A DNA stretch of 64,000 bases from Pseudomonadota bacterium (GCA_023387085.1 JAEWIL010000047.1:1141-65140); one strand, 5' to 3'; numbered from the stretch's first letter, positions 29,505 to 39,854 are shown. The notes: a model not told the origin generated them from the sequence alone. Program-made: numbers and translations.

Positions 29505-30098
29505 ATGATGGCTGCAAACAACGAGTTCGAGTTCCTCGGCGTCAACCATTTGGCGCTAGTCTGCAAGGATATGGCGAAGACGGTCGAATTTTATCGCGAC
29601 GTCCTCGGCATGCCGCTGACGAAGACGATCGACCTGCCGGGCGGACGCGGTCAGCATTTCTTCTTCGACATCGGCAATGGCGACAGCCTGGCCTTCTTCT
29701 GGTTCCCGAACGCACCGGAAGCCGTTCCCGGCGTCTCGGCGCCCGCGGCGCTTCCGACGAAGGGTAGCTTCGTGTCGGCGCACGGATCGATGAACCACAT
29801 CGCGATCAACGTGCGCGCCGAGAAATTCGACGAATATTATCAGCGTCTGGTCGACAAGGGCGTCGATGTTACCCCGATCCTGAACCACGACAATTCGCCG
29901 ACGCAGTCGTCGCCCGTCATGAATGACGATGTTTTCGTCCGCTCGGTCTATTTCTTCGATCCCGACGGCGTCTGCCTGGAGTTCGCCGCGTGGACGAAGG
30001 TTTTCGACGAAAGCGACGTCGCACACGATCCGGTGCGGGCCGACGGCACGAAGCTGGAAGGCTTCATTACCGGTCGCACACCGGTCCCCGCTGAATAG
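29505..30098 (+). CDS. VOC/glyoxalase family protein
   Basis: GVNHLALVC, FYRDVLG, NHIAI, SVYFFDPDGVCLE. Confidence 0.88.
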   Translation: MMAANNEFEFLGVNHLALVCKDMAKTVEFYRDVLGMPLTKTIDLPGGRGQHFFFDIGNGDSLAFFWFPNAPEAVPGVSAPAALPTKGSFVSAHGSMNHIAINVRAEKFDEYYQRLVDKGVDVTPILNHDNSPTQSSPVMNDDVFVRSVYFFDPDGVCLEFAAWTKVFDESDVAHDPVRADGTKLEGFITGRTPVPAE

Positions 30099-30130
30099 AC
30101 TGTTCCAAGGGTACCATTGGAACCCCTCTT

Positions 30131-30159
30131 GGCCCGGCGTCGCGCCGGGCCGTCTTTTT
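30131..30159 (+). terminator. intrinsic terminator ending the catabolic block
   Basis: GGCCCGGCG-TCG-CGCCGGGCC followed by GTCTTTTT. Confidence 0.7.
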
Positions 30160-30266
30160 GCGCGGCAGGTATATATGCCGTATGGCTCGCCACTTGGAAG
30201 CTGCCGGTGGCGGCCGGCCCGTGATCGGCTCGGAACCCTGCCGCCGATCCGCGGGTATGAAGCATC

Positions 30267-30953
30267 ATGCAGCTTCTGGACCCGGATCTCATCTGGCCGA
30301 TGGCCGGCGCGATCGTCGCCGGGGCGATCATCGGCGCCGAACGCGAGTATCGCGCCAGTCCGGCGGGCCTTCGTACCCATATCCTCGTTGCCCTGTCCTG
30401 CTGTCTCCTGATGCTGTCGGCCGTGCACCAGATGGAATGGCTGAACGATGCCCCGGCAGAGGTCATTCGAATTGACCCCGTCCGCATGGCGCACGGCATA
30501 TTGACCGGCGTCGGCTTCCTGTGCGGCGGGGTCATCTTTCGCGAACGGCTTAATGTCCGCGGGCTGACCACGGCGGCCTCGCTCTGGATGACATCGACAC
30601 TCGGGATCCTGTTCGGGATCGGCTTCCACGAACTGGCGGTGTTCGGAGCCGTTACGACCGTGCTTGTCCTCGCAGCCGTCGGCTTCACCGAGCGGCATGC
30701 GCCGCAGCGGCGGGTTGTGCACATCAGCGCCCGGTACGATCGCCGGACAGGTGTTGGCGTAGCAGACTTCAGGAAGCTTCTTGACGACCACGGGATGAAG
30801 GCGATTACCGTCGAGGAGCAACTCGACCGGGATGTGCTGACCTTCTCCGCCATCGCCAACGACTATGAGGAAGAGCGTGCCCGTGCGCTTGTCGCTGCGT
30901 GGTCGCAGGACGCGTCGCTGCGCGGGTATGAAGTAAGGCCGCAGCAACCCTGA
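30267..30953 (+). CDS. MgtC/SapB family membrane protein
   Basis: IGAERE...PAGLRTHILV, DPVRMAHGILTGVGFLCGG, GLTTAASLW. Confidence 0.92.
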   Translation: MQLLDPDLIWPMAGAIVAGAIIGAEREYRASPAGLRTHILVALSCCLLMLSAVHQMEWLNDAPAEVIRIDPVRMAHGILTGVGFLCGGVIFRERLNVRGLTTAASLWMTSTLGILFGIGFHELAVFGAVTTVLVLAAVGFTERHAPQRRVVHISARYDRRTGVGVADFRKLLDDHGMKAITVEEQLDRDVLTFSAIANDYEEERARALVAAWSQDASLRGYEVRPQQP

Positions 30954-31083
30954 TCCGATGCGCTCGCGGAGTGCCGCTAACATGGGATAAGAGCCAAGGA
31001 GATCAGCGATCTCTTTTCGACCGAAGATGCAACCCCCGGGCCGTTCCGGGAGTCGATGTCCCCGGAAGCGAAAGGAGAACATC

Positions 31084-31365
31084 ATGGCAAGTTCGACAGC
31101 GAAAGGCTTCGGGTTCGGCAAGATCTTGGGGGCAGCAACGCTGGGCGCGCTGTTCTGGTTCACGCGCAAGCCCAAACTCCAGGCGTCAAAGGATGAGGGG
31201 CACAGCGCCGCTTTCGCCGATGGCGAAACCCATTCGGAGAATTTCGACCAGACACGGTCTGCCGGACCCGAAGCCATGCGCGACGATGTGAAACGTCCAT
31301 GGGAAAATGTCGATCAGGCGTCGGATGAGTCCTTTCCCGCGAGCGACCCGCCCGCAACCTATTGA
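31084..31365 (+). CDS. small membrane-anchored hypothetical protein with SDESFPASDPP motif
   Basis: AAGGAG before ATG 31084; N-terminal hydrophobic stretch; C-terminal DQASDESFPASDPP. Confidence 0.7.
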   Translation: MASSTAKGFGFGKILGAATLGALFWFTRKPKLQASKDEGHSAAFADGETHSENFDQTRSAGPEAMRDDVKRPWENVDQASDESFPASDPPATY

Positions 31366-31376
31366 GAGGCGCTGAG

Positions 31377-31625
31377 ATGCCCGACCGCGCGAGGTTCAGC
31401 TACAGCCTTCAGTTTGACGATGACGGCATCGGGCTCCCGAAACGTGTCGAGTTCGAAGCGACCAGCGCCGGCGCCGCCCTCGAAATTGCCGAAGAACAAT
31501 GCAACGGCCGATGGGCCGTTCTCCTCTGCGAGGGCGCGGTGCTCTGCCGGGTCGGCCGCAGCGCGGGAGCCTGGATGATCTCCGCCCACCCTGCTTCTCA
31601 CGATTTTCATGAAGGATCTAGATGA
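31377..31625 (+). CDS. small hypothetical protein (resembles 44916-45176)
   Basis: GAGG upstream; stop overlaps the katE start (ATGA). Confidence 0.55.
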   Translation: MPDRARFSYSLQFDDDGIGLPKRVEFEATSAGAALEIAEEQCNGRWAVLLCEGAVLCRVGRSAGAWMISAHPASHDFHEGSR

Positions 31626-33796
31626 TGGCCCGAGCAGCGAACTCGAAAACCCGATCGGCGCCGAGCGGTCGATCGAACAAAACCGCGCAATCGGCTCCTG
31701 CGCCCGGCGCGGCGAACTATGACGAGACGCGCGGAGCAGGCGATGAAACCCATCAGTCGACGCGCGATCCTGCTCATACGCTCACCACCCAGCAAGGCCA
31801 TCCGGTCGCCGACGACCAGAACAGCCTCCGTGCCGGGCCGGGCGGCCCGACCTTGCTTGAGGATTTCATTCTCCGCGAGAAAATCTTCCATTTCGACCAT
31901 GAACGCATTCCCGAACGGGTGGTGCACGCGCGTGGCTATGGCGCGCATGGGCGCTTCGTACTCAATAAGTCTCTGGCGCGTTATACGACCGCCGATGTGC
32001 TCAGCGCCGCCGGCGAAGAAACCGAGGTCTTCGTCCGCTTTTCGACCGTAGCGGGCCGGGCGGGATCGTTCGATCTTGCCCGCGACGTGCGCGGGTTCGC
32101 GGTGAAATTCTATACCCGGCAGGGAAATTGGGATCTTGTCGGCAACAATATTCCCGTTTTCTTCATTCAGGATGCGATCAAATTTCCGGACTTGGTCCAC
32201 AGCGTCAAGGAAGAGCCGGATCGCGCCTTTCCCCAGGCGCAGTCGGCCCATGACAATTACTGGGATTTCGCGTCACTGATGCCCGAGGCGTGGCATATGG
32301 TGATGTGGCAGATGTCCGACCGCGCCATTCCCCGGTCCTACCGGACAATGGAGGGCTTCGGAGTGCATAGCTTCCGGCTCGTCAACGCAAAGGGCGAGTC
32401 CCATTTCGTCAAATTCCACTGGAAGCCGCGACAAGGCTTGCAGTCGGTGCTTTGGAACGAGGCGGTCAAGATCAACGGCGCCGACCCTGACTTTCACAGG
32501 CGCGACCTGTGGGAAGCCATCGAGCGTGGCGATTTCCCGCAATGGGATCTGGGCGTCCAGATTTTCGACGAGAAGACGGCCGACAGCCTGCCTTTCGATC
32601 ATCTCGATGCGACCAAGCTGATTCCGGAGGAGCTTGTGCCCGTCGACCTTGTCGGCACGCTTACGCTCGATCGCAACGTCGATAATTTCTTCGCCGAAAC
32701 CGAACAGGTCGCTTTCTGCACACAAAATGTGCCCCCGGGTATCGATTTCAGCGAGGACCCTCTGCTTGCGGGCCGCAACTTCTCCTATCTCGACACTCAG
32801 CTCAAAAGGCTGGGCAGTCCGAATTTCACCCATATTCCGATCAACGCGCCGCGCTGCCCCGTGATGCATTTTCAGCAGGACGGTCATATGGCGATGATTA
32901 ATCCCAAGGGCCGGGCCAACTACGAACCGAACAGCTGGGGCGCCGAGAGCGGACCGCGCGAGAATCCCGGCATCGGGCACAAGAGCTATGCCGCGCCGCT
33001 CGATGGCGTGAAGCAGCGGATTCGCTCCGAAACCTTTTCCGATCATTATAGCCAGGCGCGCCAATTCTATATCAGTCAGCTGCCGATCGAGCAGAAACAT
33101 ATCGGCGATGCCTTGGTCTTCGAACTCAGCAAGGTGCAGCGCCCCGATATCCGCGCGCGCGCCGTTTCACACCTGCGCAACATCGACGAAGATCTCGCCG
33201 CCACGGTGGCCGACGGCTTGGGCCTCCCGCTCCCGGACCCTGCGAAGGCCGCGAAACCGACGCTCGATCTCGATGCGTCGGCGCGGCTATCGATCCTTGC
33301 CAACGGCCCGGCGAGCTTCAAGGGCCGCAAGCTCGGAATAGTGCTGACCGACGGCAGCAACGCCGATCTGTTTCAGGCGCTTGTCAGCGCGGCCGAGAAG
33401 GCCGGCGCGACCGTCGAATTGGTTGCGCCGCGGATCGGCGGAGTGGTACTCGACAAGGGTTCCCATATTCCCGCGGACCAGAAGATCGACGGCGGCCCTT
33501 CGGTGCTTTATGATGCGGTGGCCGTGCTGCCGTCGGAAGACGGCGCCGCGCTGCTGGCGGCCGACGCGCCCTCCAGGGACTTCGTCTCCGACGCCTTCGC
33601 GCATTGCAAGTTCATTGCCTATAGTGCCGCCGCAGGCGCGCTGTTCGACGAAGCGCGCATTCCGCCGGAGAAGGACGAGGGCTTCTTCCTTCTGAAGTCA
33701 GCCAAGGATGCGAAGGCCTTCATCGAAGCCTGCGCGGCGCTTCGTTTCTGGGCGCGCGAATTGACAGTCGACCTCGACGCCGCCGTAGCGGGCTAA
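31622..33796 (+). CDS. katE: large-subunit catalase HPII
   Basis: [36 protein letters not shown] (proximal Tyr), C-terminal DJ-1/GATase-like domain. Confidence 0.96.
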   Translation: MMARAANSKTRSAPSGRSNKTAQSAPAPGAANYDETRGAGDETHQSTRDPAHTLTTQQGHPVADDQNSLRAGPGGPTLLEDFILREKIFHFDHERIPERVVHARGYGAHGRFVLNKSLARYTTADVLSAAGEETEVFVRFSTVAGRAGSFDLARDVRGFAVKFYTRQGNWDLVGNNIPVFFIQDAIKFPDLVHSVKEEPDRAFPQAQSAHDNYWDFASLMPEAWHMVMWQMSDRAIPRSYRTMEGFGVHSFRLVNAKGESHFVKFHWKPRQGLQSVLWNEAVKINGADPDFHRRDLWEAIERGDFPQWDLGVQIFDEKTADSLPFDHLDATKLIPEELVPVDLVGTLTLDRNVDNFFAETEQVAFCTQNVPPGIDFSEDPLLAGRNFSYLDTQLKRLGSPNFTHIPINAPRCPVMHFQQDGHMAMINPKGRANYEPNSWGAESGPRENPGIGHKSYAAPLDGVKQRIRSETFSDHYSQARQFYISQLPIEQKHIGDALVFELSKVQRPDIRARAVSHLRNIDEDLAATVADGLGLPLPDPAKAAKPTLDLDASARLSILANGPASFKGRKLGIVLTDGSNADLFQALVSAAEKAGATVELVAPRIGGVVLDKGSHIPADQKIDGGPSVLYDAVAVLPSEDGAALLAADAPSRDFVSDAFAHCKFIAYSAAAGALFDEARIPPEKDEGFFLLKSAKDAKAFIEACAALRFWARELTVDLDAAVAG

Positions 33797-33836
33797 AGAA
33801 AGTCCGGTCGGGCCGGAGTATCGGTGTCAACCCGGA

Positions 33837-34955
33837 TCAGAGGCCGAAAATCGCCTTGGGAATATGGGTGATCCGGCAGGCGATGTCCGCTTCGCCCGAG
33901 GCGACGACGAAATGATCGCCGGCGTCGGCTATGCCGGTCGTGAAGACGACGTCGCGCACATACATCTTGTCCTCGAGCGGACGCGTCAGGTCGGGACTGG
34001 CTTCGAGAAGCGGCCGATGGTCGCTGTCGACAACGCGCGACGGGTCGTCCCGGTCGAGCAGCGACCAGTAGGTGCGGTAAATACCGATGATTTCCTTTGG
34101 TTCGACGCCGTGCCAGAGCGTCAGCCAGCCGCGATCGGTGAGAATGGGCGGTGTCCCGCCCCCCATCCGGGCGGTTGCTACCGTGTCGGCATGCGGGCGA
34201 AGACCCGGTTCGCGGCGCGGCTTCCAGTGCAGCGCGTCGGGCGACGAGGCGAGATTGATCGAAGGACCTGCACGCCAGGGGCTTCCGGGAGGATAGGTGA
34301 AATAAAGCGCGCCGAGCGGGCGCGTTTGGGCCCAGTAATGGCCAGCGATCGTCCCCTCGAAGATCAGCATGTCCTTGTTCTGATGATCGAGTACGATATC
34401 CTCGAAATGCCAGTCGAGACCATTGTCGGAGGTGTAAAGCGTCGTAGAGTGCCGCTCGGGGCTGACCGAGCAACTCGTCATCAGCCAGCGGCCGTCGACA
34501 TGGCTGATCCGCGCATCCTCGACACCATAGCATTGGAAGGAAGCGTGCGGCGCGATCGCCCGGTCGTAATGGACCGCAACGACCTCGAGCCCGTCGGGGG
34601 TCAGTTCGACCGGGAGCAACCACGACAGCGAGGTGAGCGCCATGATCTGCCAACTGCCCCCGCGGACAAGGAATTTGCGCGGATCGGCGGTGTCGCAAAG
34701 TTCGAGCGGCCAGGCATCGCGGACATAGCGGCCCTCGTCCCAGCGAATGCTGTGGACATGGCCGCCGACGACCGGCTCGCGCAGCGCCTCGGCGATCCGC
34801 ACGAGCATCAGCAGATTTCCGTCGGGAAGCCGCGCGAGCCCCGGATTGAAAGCGCCGAGCGTGAAAGTCTCGGCATCCAGATGCCCCGCGAGGGGCGAAC
34901 GCGAGAGGTCGACATCGTCGGGTCCGAAAATCAGGCGATCAATGGCGAAACCCAT
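33837..34955 (-). CDS. GH130-like glycosidase/phosphorylase (beta-propeller)
   Basis: GAFNPG, YGVEDARI, NKDMLIF, GGGTPPI...GWLTLWHGV, VVFTTG; start ATG 34955 after AAGGAG. Confidence 0.8.
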   Translation of the reverse strand: MGFAIDRLIFGPDDVDLSRSPLAGHLDAETFTLGAFNPGLARLPDGNLLMLVRIAEALREPVVGGHVHSIRWDEGRYVRDAWPLELCDTADPRKFLVRGGSWQIMALTSLSWLLPVELTPDGLEVVAVHYDRAIAPHASFQCYGVEDARISHVDGRWLMTSCSVSPERHSTTLYTSDNGLDWHFEDIVLDHQNKDMLIFEGTIAGHYWAQTRPLGALYFTYPPGSPWRAGPSINLASSPDALHWKPRREPGLRPHADTVATARMGGGTPPILTDRGWLTLWHGVEPKEIIGIYRTYWSLLDRDDPSRVVDSDHRPLLEASPDLTRPLEDKMYVRDVVFTTGIADAGDHFVVASGEADIACRITHIPKAIFGL

Positions 34956-34998
34956 GGCATTCTCCTTTCGGGCGCGCGCGTCCGCGCCTCCCCTGACC

Positions 34999-35023
34999 AA
35001 AGCCCGAAGGCGCGCGATGTTCC
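34999..35023 (-). promoter_or_regulatory. sigma-EcfG-like promoter (GGAAC-N16-CTTT)
   Basis: One mismatch in the -10 element; upstream of GH130. Confidence 0.45.
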
Positions 35024-35095
35024 CGTCCTGCCGCATTCGGGTTTCGCGAAGCTGACGCCATTCCAGCCCATGCGCTCACATTGCGATGACCCTGT

Positions 35096-36034
35096 TCAGC
35101 GTTGATCAGCCATCACATGCCCGTCGGCTTCACGAAGCCAGTTATGGAGGCGGGTCGCCGCCATGGCGCCCTGCCCCATCGCGACGCTGATCTGATCCAG
35201 ACCCTCGACGACATCGCCTGCGGCATAGATACCGGGGAGAAGCCCGTCGAAAAACGCATGGAAGGGCAGGCAATCCTTAGCATCGGCCACCGCGCCCAAT
35301 GTCTTTGCGAGGTCGCAGCGCGGCGTTGATCCGAAGGCCGGGTAAAGAATGTCGAAGGAACGCGGCGCCGGTTCGCCGCCCATATGGACGAGCATCTCGT
35401 CGGCGGTGGCGACCAGCCGCTCGATCTGCCCTTCGACGACGCGGATGTCGCTGTCGGCAAGTTCCTGCCTCTGCGCCGCGTTCAGCGCGACCTGCCATTT
35501 CGGGATCAGCGTCACATGGCGCGAGAATTGTCGCAGAAACATCGCTTCGGCGGCGCCATGAATATCGGACCCAAGCACCGCAATCCGCTCGTCGCGATGC
35601 TCGAAGCCGTCGCAAATCGGGCAATAGCGCAATACGCCGTCGCGAACCGCCGCGAAATGATCGCCTTCATCCAGCCTCGCCAGATGCGTGTCGACGCCCG
35701 TCGCGAGAATGAGGCCGCGGGCGTCAATCGCCCCGCCATCGGCAAGGGTCGCGCGGACATATCCATCCTTGCGCGTACACGAGAGAACATGTCCATCCCG
35801 AATGCTGGCGCCGTAGCGTCGGGCATGATCGTCCATGCGCGCAAGCAAGGCTTCTCCGGTGATGCCCTCTGGAAAGCCCGGAACATTGCGCGTCCGGGGT
35901 ACCCACAGCACGCGCGAGCGACCGTCATGGACGACACGCACACTTCGCTTGAACCGTGCAAGATACATCGCCGCGGTCAACCCCGCCGGACCGGCGCCGA
36001 CGACCAGCGCGTCGATCGGTGCATCCGTTTTCAC
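35096..36034 (-). CDS. thioredoxin-reductase-like NAD(P)/FAD oxidoreductase
   Basis: VVGAGPAGL, ILATG, YCPICDG (CxxC), IYAAGD. Confidence 0.88.
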   Translation of the reverse strand: MKTDAPIDALVVGAGPAGLTAAMYLARFKRSVRVVHDGRSRVLWVPRTRNVPGFPEGITGEALLARMDDHARRYGASIRDGHVLSCTRKDGYVRATLADGGAIDARGLILATGVDTHLARLDEGDHFAAVRDGVLRYCPICDGFEHRDERIAVLGSDIHGAAEAMFLRQFSRHVTLIPKWQVALNAAQRQELADSDIRVVEGQIERLVATADEMLVHMGGEPAPRSFDILYPAFGSTPRCDLAKTLGAVADAKDCLPFHAFFDGLLPGIYAAGDVVEGLDQISVAMGQGAMAATRLHNWLREADGHVMADQR

Positions 36035-36687
36035 GCCCCGGTCTGCCCGTGCGGCGCCGCGACGGCTTTGGACTCGGGCGATTCGCGTTGGCGAAGATAG
36101 ATGGAAAGGACGACCAGAACCGCGGTCGAGAGAAATTCGCTCTGCCAGTTCTGGAACGATTCGAACCAGAGTTGCGGATCGGCCAGATAGCCGACCAGCG
36201 TCGGAGCCTTCTCTCCATGTGCAAGCGCGTCCTCGGCCGCGGCCCTGGCGCTCTGCGTCCAGTGAAGCACAAACGACGCGAGAAAGAGCAGCGCGAGGGC
36301 AATCCCGAGCGAGCGCGCGTAGAGCGCGCGAACCACCGCCCCTCCGCGAAGCGCAGCCGGCGCTCCGGGCTTCCAGGCCTGCGCGGCGAGATCGCCATCG
36401 CGCGGCGGATCGTCAGGATTTTTCGATTCTGCCGAACCGCGCTGCACGAGTATAGCCGTCAGAATGACATAGGCCGACATCTGCAGAAATTCGCTCTCCC
36501 AATTCTCGAAAACGCTCGACAGGAATTCGGGCGATCCGGTGTAGCCAAGAAGCGTCATGCCGGGCTGGTCATGGCGAAGCGCATCCTCGAGCGCCACACG
36601 CCAGCCGGCGATCCACTGCCCTGTAATGCTTCCCGCGAAGAGCAGAAGCAGCACGATCGTCAGGCCGTTATTCCTGATGAAGCGCAT
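36031..36687 (-). CDS. DUF6766-type membrane protein
   Basis: Internally repeated FENWESEFL / FQNWQSEFL and QRGSAESK / QRESPESK motifs. Confidence 0.75.
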   Translation of the reverse strand: MRFIRNNGLTIVLLLLFAGSITGQWIAGWRVALEDALRHDQPGMTLLGYTGSPEFLSSVFENWESEFLQMSAYVILTAILVQRGSAESKNPDDPPRDGDLAAQAWKPGAPAALRGGAVVRALYARSLGIALALLFLASFVLHWTQSARAAAEDALAHGEKAPTLVGYLADPQLWFESFQNWQSEFLSTAVLVVLSIYLRQRESPESKAVAAPHGQTGA

Positions 36688-37201
36688 ATCCGTCCTCCCG
36701 TGCGAGCAGCAACTCCGCCGTATCGCGCAGCATCGTCAGGGCCTCGGCGACCGCGCCTGCCAACACCGCGCTGCGGCCGATGTCGCCGAAGTGGCAGACC
36801 CGGGTAGCGGGCGAAGCTCCGCGCGCCGCACAGGCAAGGAGGACGAGCCCTACCTCCTCATCGCCCTCTTGCGGCCCGCAAAAGCCCGTGATCGCGATAG
36901 CCGCCTCGGCCCGGCTTTTGTCGAGGGCGGCCAGCGCAAGCGCGACCGTCACATCCTCGTTCACCCCTTGCGAGCGTTCGGCGAGGTCGCGCGGGATGCC
37001 CAGCATCTCGCATTTCGCATCCACCGAATAGACGACATATCCGCGTTCCAGATGCGGGCCGAGTGCCTCATGGCCGGCCAGCGCGGCGGCGAGTTGTCCG
37101 CCCGTGCAGCTCTCCGCCGTGGCAAAGCGGATATCGCGCCCCGCCACGCAGGCTGCGAGTTCGGCGAGGCGCACGTCCGGATGGTGCGCGATCATCGTCA
37201 C
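36668..37201 (-). CDS. CinA C-terminal/PncC-like NMN amidohydrolase
   Basis: ATAESCTGG, YS.DAK..MLG, AITGFCGP. Confidence 0.85.
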   Translation of the reverse strand: MTMIAHHPDVRLAELAACVAGRDIRFATAESCTGGQLAAALAGHEALGPHLERGYVVYSVDAKCEMLGIPRDLAERSQGVNEDVTVALALAALDKSRAEAAIAITGFCGPQEGDEEVGLVLLACAARGASPATRVCHFGDIGRSAVLAGAVAEALTMLRDTAELLLAREDGYALHQE

Positions 37202-37216
37202 ATCGTCACATCGTCA
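37193..37216. repeat. tandem 8-mer (CATCGTCA)x3 at the hemerythrin/CinA junction
   Basis: Three exact copies spanning the stop and start codons. Confidence 0.9.
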
Positions 37217-37697
37217 CGAGCTCGGCCGGCGGCAGACCCGACGTTTCAGCAAGCTGCTTCAGTTCCGCCTTGCGCGCCAGCATTTGCTCGCCCAGCGCGT
37301 CGAGGTCGACGTCGGCGGCGCGGGCCTGCTGAAACATATTGTCGTGCTGCTTTTCCTCTTCCTTCACATGATGCTTGATCTCCTCGGACAACACCGTGAC
37401 CTTCGCCTCGAAATATTCGTCGTCGGGGCCCGACGCGAGTATGTCGTTGATCAGCACCTTCGCACCGTCGTGCTCGACATACGCCTCCTTCAAAAGGTCC
37501 TCGTCAATCTTGCCCTTGAGCGCCGGATAGAAAACCTCTTCCTCGATCTGGGCGTGAATCTTGAGTTCGGTGCAGATCGTCTCGGCGATCTTCGCCTTGC
37601 GGGCAGTGCTGCCGGCTTTCTCGAATTCGTCGAACAGGGCCTCCACCGTGCGGTGATCGGCGGCAAGAATATGCGTGGCGTCAGTATCGTTCGGCAT
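37206..37697 (-). CDS. hemerythrin/HHE-domain protein
   Basis: DH, HAQIEEEVFYP, EH, HHVKEEE; start ATG 37697 after GGAG. Confidence 0.88.
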   Translation of the reverse strand: MPNDTDATHILAADHRTVEALFDEFEKAGSTARKAKIAETICTELKIHAQIEEEVFYPALKGKIDEDLLKEAYVEHDGAKVLINDILASGPDDEYFEAKVTVLSEEIKHHVKEEEKQHDNMFQQARAADVDLDALGEQMLARKAELKQLAETSGLPPAELVTM

Positions 37698-37727
37698 GAT
37701 GCTCTCCATCAAAAGGTGCGGCTTTTC

Positions 37728-37753
37728 AACGTTCTGCCCGCGCCCGAAGTTGC
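37728..37753 (-). promoter_or_regulatory. sigma-EcfG-like promoter (GCAAC-N17-CGTT)
   Basis: About 30 nt upstream of the hemerythrin start. Confidence 0.6.
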
Positions 37754-37901
37754 CAAAAATCCGGTTGAAACCTGCGGTTTGACGCTCTTTGTTAACGTGG
37801 AGCAATATGGCCGCCGCGAAGCGCATGCGTGAGCGCTCTCCCGCGCTCGTCGCCTTCGATCGCGCGTCGCAAGATGCGCCGGAGACGATCGCGCGTTGCG
37901 C

Positions 37902-39119
37902 TCAAGCATGCTCGATTTCGTGCTTCGCCTCCACCGCGCCCTTCTCGAGCCCGGGCTTCAGGACGATCTTGGTGTAGCGGTCCTGTTCGCCGTGCCAGTG
38001 CCGGTACATTTCGGCGGCATCCTCGAGCGGCGCGTGGTGCGAAATCAGCGAGACCATATCGAACTTTCCGCCCTGGATCATGGCGAGCAGGTCGCCAGTG
38101 TAACGCTGGACATGCGTCTGCCCGCTCTTCACGGTCAGGCCCTTTTCCATCAGCTGGCCGAGCGGAAATTTATCCGCAAAGCCTCCATAGACGCCCGGAA
38201 TCGACAGCCGCCCGCCCTTGCGACACGCGAGGATCGCCTGGCGCAACGCGTGCGGACGCTCGGTCGCAAGATAGAATTTGGCTTTGACCTGATCGATGAC
38301 ATTGTCGAGCGTGAAGCCATGGCTTTCCATACCGACGCAATCGATGCACGCGTCGGGACCGATTCCGCCGGTCATCTCGTCGAGCGCTTCGCGGACGTCG
38401 ACTTCGGTATAGTCGAGCACTTCGGCGCCATATTTCCTCGCAAGCGCGAGCCGCGTCGGGAAATGGTCGATAGCGATCACCCGCGCCGCGCCGAGCAGCA
38501 GCGCCGACTGGATCGTGAACAGCCCCACCGGGCCGCAGCCCCAGACCGCAACGGTGTCGCCGGGCTCGATGTCGGCATTGACGGCGGCCTGCCAGCCGGT
38601 CGGCAAGATGTCCGAGAGGAAAAGGACGTCGTCGTCTGCAAGATCGTCGGGGATCACTACGGGGCCCACGTCCGAATAGGGCACCCGCACATATTCGGCC
38701 TGCCCGCCGGCATAGCCTCCGGTCAGATGGGCATAGCCGAACGCGCCGCCCATCGCATGGCCCATCATCAGTTCGGAAGCGTCGCGCGTTTCCGACGGAT
38801 TGCTGTTATCGCAGGCGCTATATTGCTGCCGCTCGCAAAAGAAGCATTGGCCGCAGCTGATCGTGAAAGGCACAACGACCCGCTGTCCCTTCTTCAGCGT
38901 CGAACCGACCCCGACTTCGACGACCTCACCCATGAATTCATGGCCGACGACATCGCCGGCGCGCATCCCGGGAATATAACCGTCGTAGAGATGTAGATCC
39001 GATCCGCAGATCGCGGTCGACGTGACGCGCAGGATCGCGTCGCGCGGGTTGATGATTTCGGGATCGGGCACGGTTTCGACGCTGACCCTGTGGCGTCCTT
39101 GCCAGGTTACGGCTCGCAT
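37902..39119 (-). CDS. zinc-dependent alcohol/formaldehyde dehydrogenase (YbdR-like MDR)
   Basis: ICGSDLH, GHEFMG, CGQCFFC...C, LSDILPTG, GCGPVG; start ATG 39119. Confidence 0.92.
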   Translation of the reverse strand: MRAVTWQGRHRVSVETVPDPEIINPRDAILRVTSTAICGSDLHLYDGYIPGMRAGDVVGHEFMGEVVEVGVGSTLKKGQRVVVPFTISCGQCFFCERQQYSACDNSNPSETRDASELMMGHAMGGAFGYAHLTGGYAGGQAEYVRVPYSDVGPVVIPDDLADDDVLFLSDILPTGWQAAVNADIEPGDTVAVWGCGPVGLFTIQSALLLGAARVIAIDHFPTRLALARKYGAEVLDYTEVDVREALDEMTGGIGPDACIDCVGMESHGFTLDNVIDQVKAKFYLATERPHALRQAILACRKGGRLSIPGVYGGFADKFPLGQLMEKGLTVKSGQTHVQRYTGDLLAMIQGGKFDMVSLISHHAPLEDAAEMYRHWHGEQDRYTKIVLKPGLEKGAVEAKHEIEHA

Positions 39120-39129
39120 GGCCTTCTCC

Positions 39130-39795
39130 TCAGATATGGGGTTCGGTGGGACGTTCGGACGAGCGTGCCGATGGCGACGCGTTGCTCGCAACCTCGCCGG
39201 TCTCCATCAGTTGCTTGAAGCGATGAAGATCGCGGCGCGCCTGCACCTCGGGCTCGCGCTGCAGCATCTTTGCGGTAATACGGCCAAGCTGTCCGGCCGG
39301 CGGGTCATAAGCGAGGATCAGGCTTACATAGGTGCCGCGCTGCCCGGGTGCATCGGCAAAGCGGACCGCACCGCTGTTCGGGACATCGGAGGCGGGGGTG
39401 CTTTGCCAGTAGATCGCCTCACCCTCGATCGTTTCGGTGATCCGGTTGACGAGCGTCAGCTCGCGACCAGCGGGCGCCTTGATCGTCCATTCGGACACAT
39501 CGTCGCCGCACTCCTCGACCGAGACGACATTCTCCATGAATTCGGGAAAGCGCTTTACCTGCCATGCCGCAAACAGTTCTTCGCGCGGGCGGTTGACCAG
39601 TATGGATTTCCCGAAAAGGGCGCGGTCCTGATTGCGGGACTTCGTCCAGTTCGGCGCATCGGTCGAAAACTCCCGTCGATCTGCCTTCCTGCTGCGCTGC
39701 CAGACCGCGAACCCGGCGCCCGCTGCCGCAAGACCGATACCGGCGACAGCCAGCAAGAGGGGATCCGGTTTCGAACTCTTATGGAAATTGGCCAT
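39130..39795 (-). CDS. SRPBCC (polyketide cyclase-like) protein with N-terminal membrane anchor
   Basis: FPEFMENV, YDPPAG.LG, DLHRFKQLMETGE. Confidence 0.85.
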   Translation of the reverse strand: MANFHKSSKPDPLLLAVAGIGLAAAGAGFAVWQRSRKADRREFSTDAPNWTKSRNQDRALFGKSILVNRPREELFAAWQVKRFPEFMENVVSVEECGDDVSEWTIKAPAGRELTLVNRITETIEGEAIYWQSTPASDVPNSGAVRFADAPGQRGTYVSLILAYDPPAGQLGRITAKMLQREPEVQARRDLHRFKQLMETGEVASNASPSARSSERPTEPHI

Positions 39796-39854
39796 GATAT
39801 TCTCCCCGCCCGGACAAGCCGGGCGTTATTCGGACAGCGAGAACGAAGGCCTCG

